Source: a virus (taxonomy: Duplodnaviria > Caudoviricetes). Taken from it: a DNA stretch of 64,000 nucleotides. How positions within the stretch are numbered: position 1 is the first letter of the stretch; each line of letters opens with the position of its first letter. The position numbers and the translations under genes are program-made. The DNA lies in IMG/VR virus record IMGVR_UViG_3300017780_003104, positions 128,001-192,000 of that record. The stretch is one strand, 5' to 3'. This document shows positions 63,886-64,000 of the stretch, piece by piece. The notes beneath the pieces were generated by a model. That model ran no database searches, was not told the DNA's origin, and saw nothing but the letters and a program-made list of their open reading frames with translations.

Positions 63886-64000
63886 CTACTACTATTTTAC
63901 ATGGATCATTTGGATGGTCTTCGTAAAGATGAACCAATTGATTAACAGCTATAAAGTCAGTATCTATATATGCATCATGTAAATGCTTAAAAGCTTCTAA

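Noticed and set aside
1-64000. Stop-codon reassignment
   Set aside because: Conserved genes are intact under code 11, TAA, TAG and TGA all terminate ORFs, and no suppressor tRNA was found.

Overview
64 kb of an AT-rich, large lytic dsDNA phage genome. T4-like relationships are inferred from rIIA/rIIB, TAAATA-type late promoters, free-standing homing endonucleases and tRNA clusters. Positions 1-50.3 kb are a plus-strand early/accessory region of many small genes. About 50 copies of one promoter-like motif, (T)TAATTAAAACC(G/A)AAN-TAnnnT, drive it; the motif usually ends exactly 6 nt before an ATG, which implies leaderless mRNAs. This region encodes RNA-repair and tRNA-maintenance enzymes (RNA ligases, Pnk-like kinase, 2H phosphoesterase, Thg1, TilS, Pth2-like), a WGR-PARP, a Prs-like/Nampt-like (NARP1-type) NAD pair and a UvrD-like helicase. 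Positions 50.5-64 kb hold late or mixed-strand genes (CCA-adding enzyme, ThyX, RlpA, lysis module) and a minus-strand tRNA cluster. The standout is at 22.7-25.5 kb. A TROVE/Ro60-like vWA gene is followed by nine tandem RNA modules, each built as stem, CAGCAAA, cargo, complementary stem, GATA. The cargos include circularly permuted tRNAs, Lys(UUU) and Asn(GUU) anticodon stem-loops, and a 23S rRNA helix-69 mimic. All family calls come from motif recognition by eye; no searches were run.
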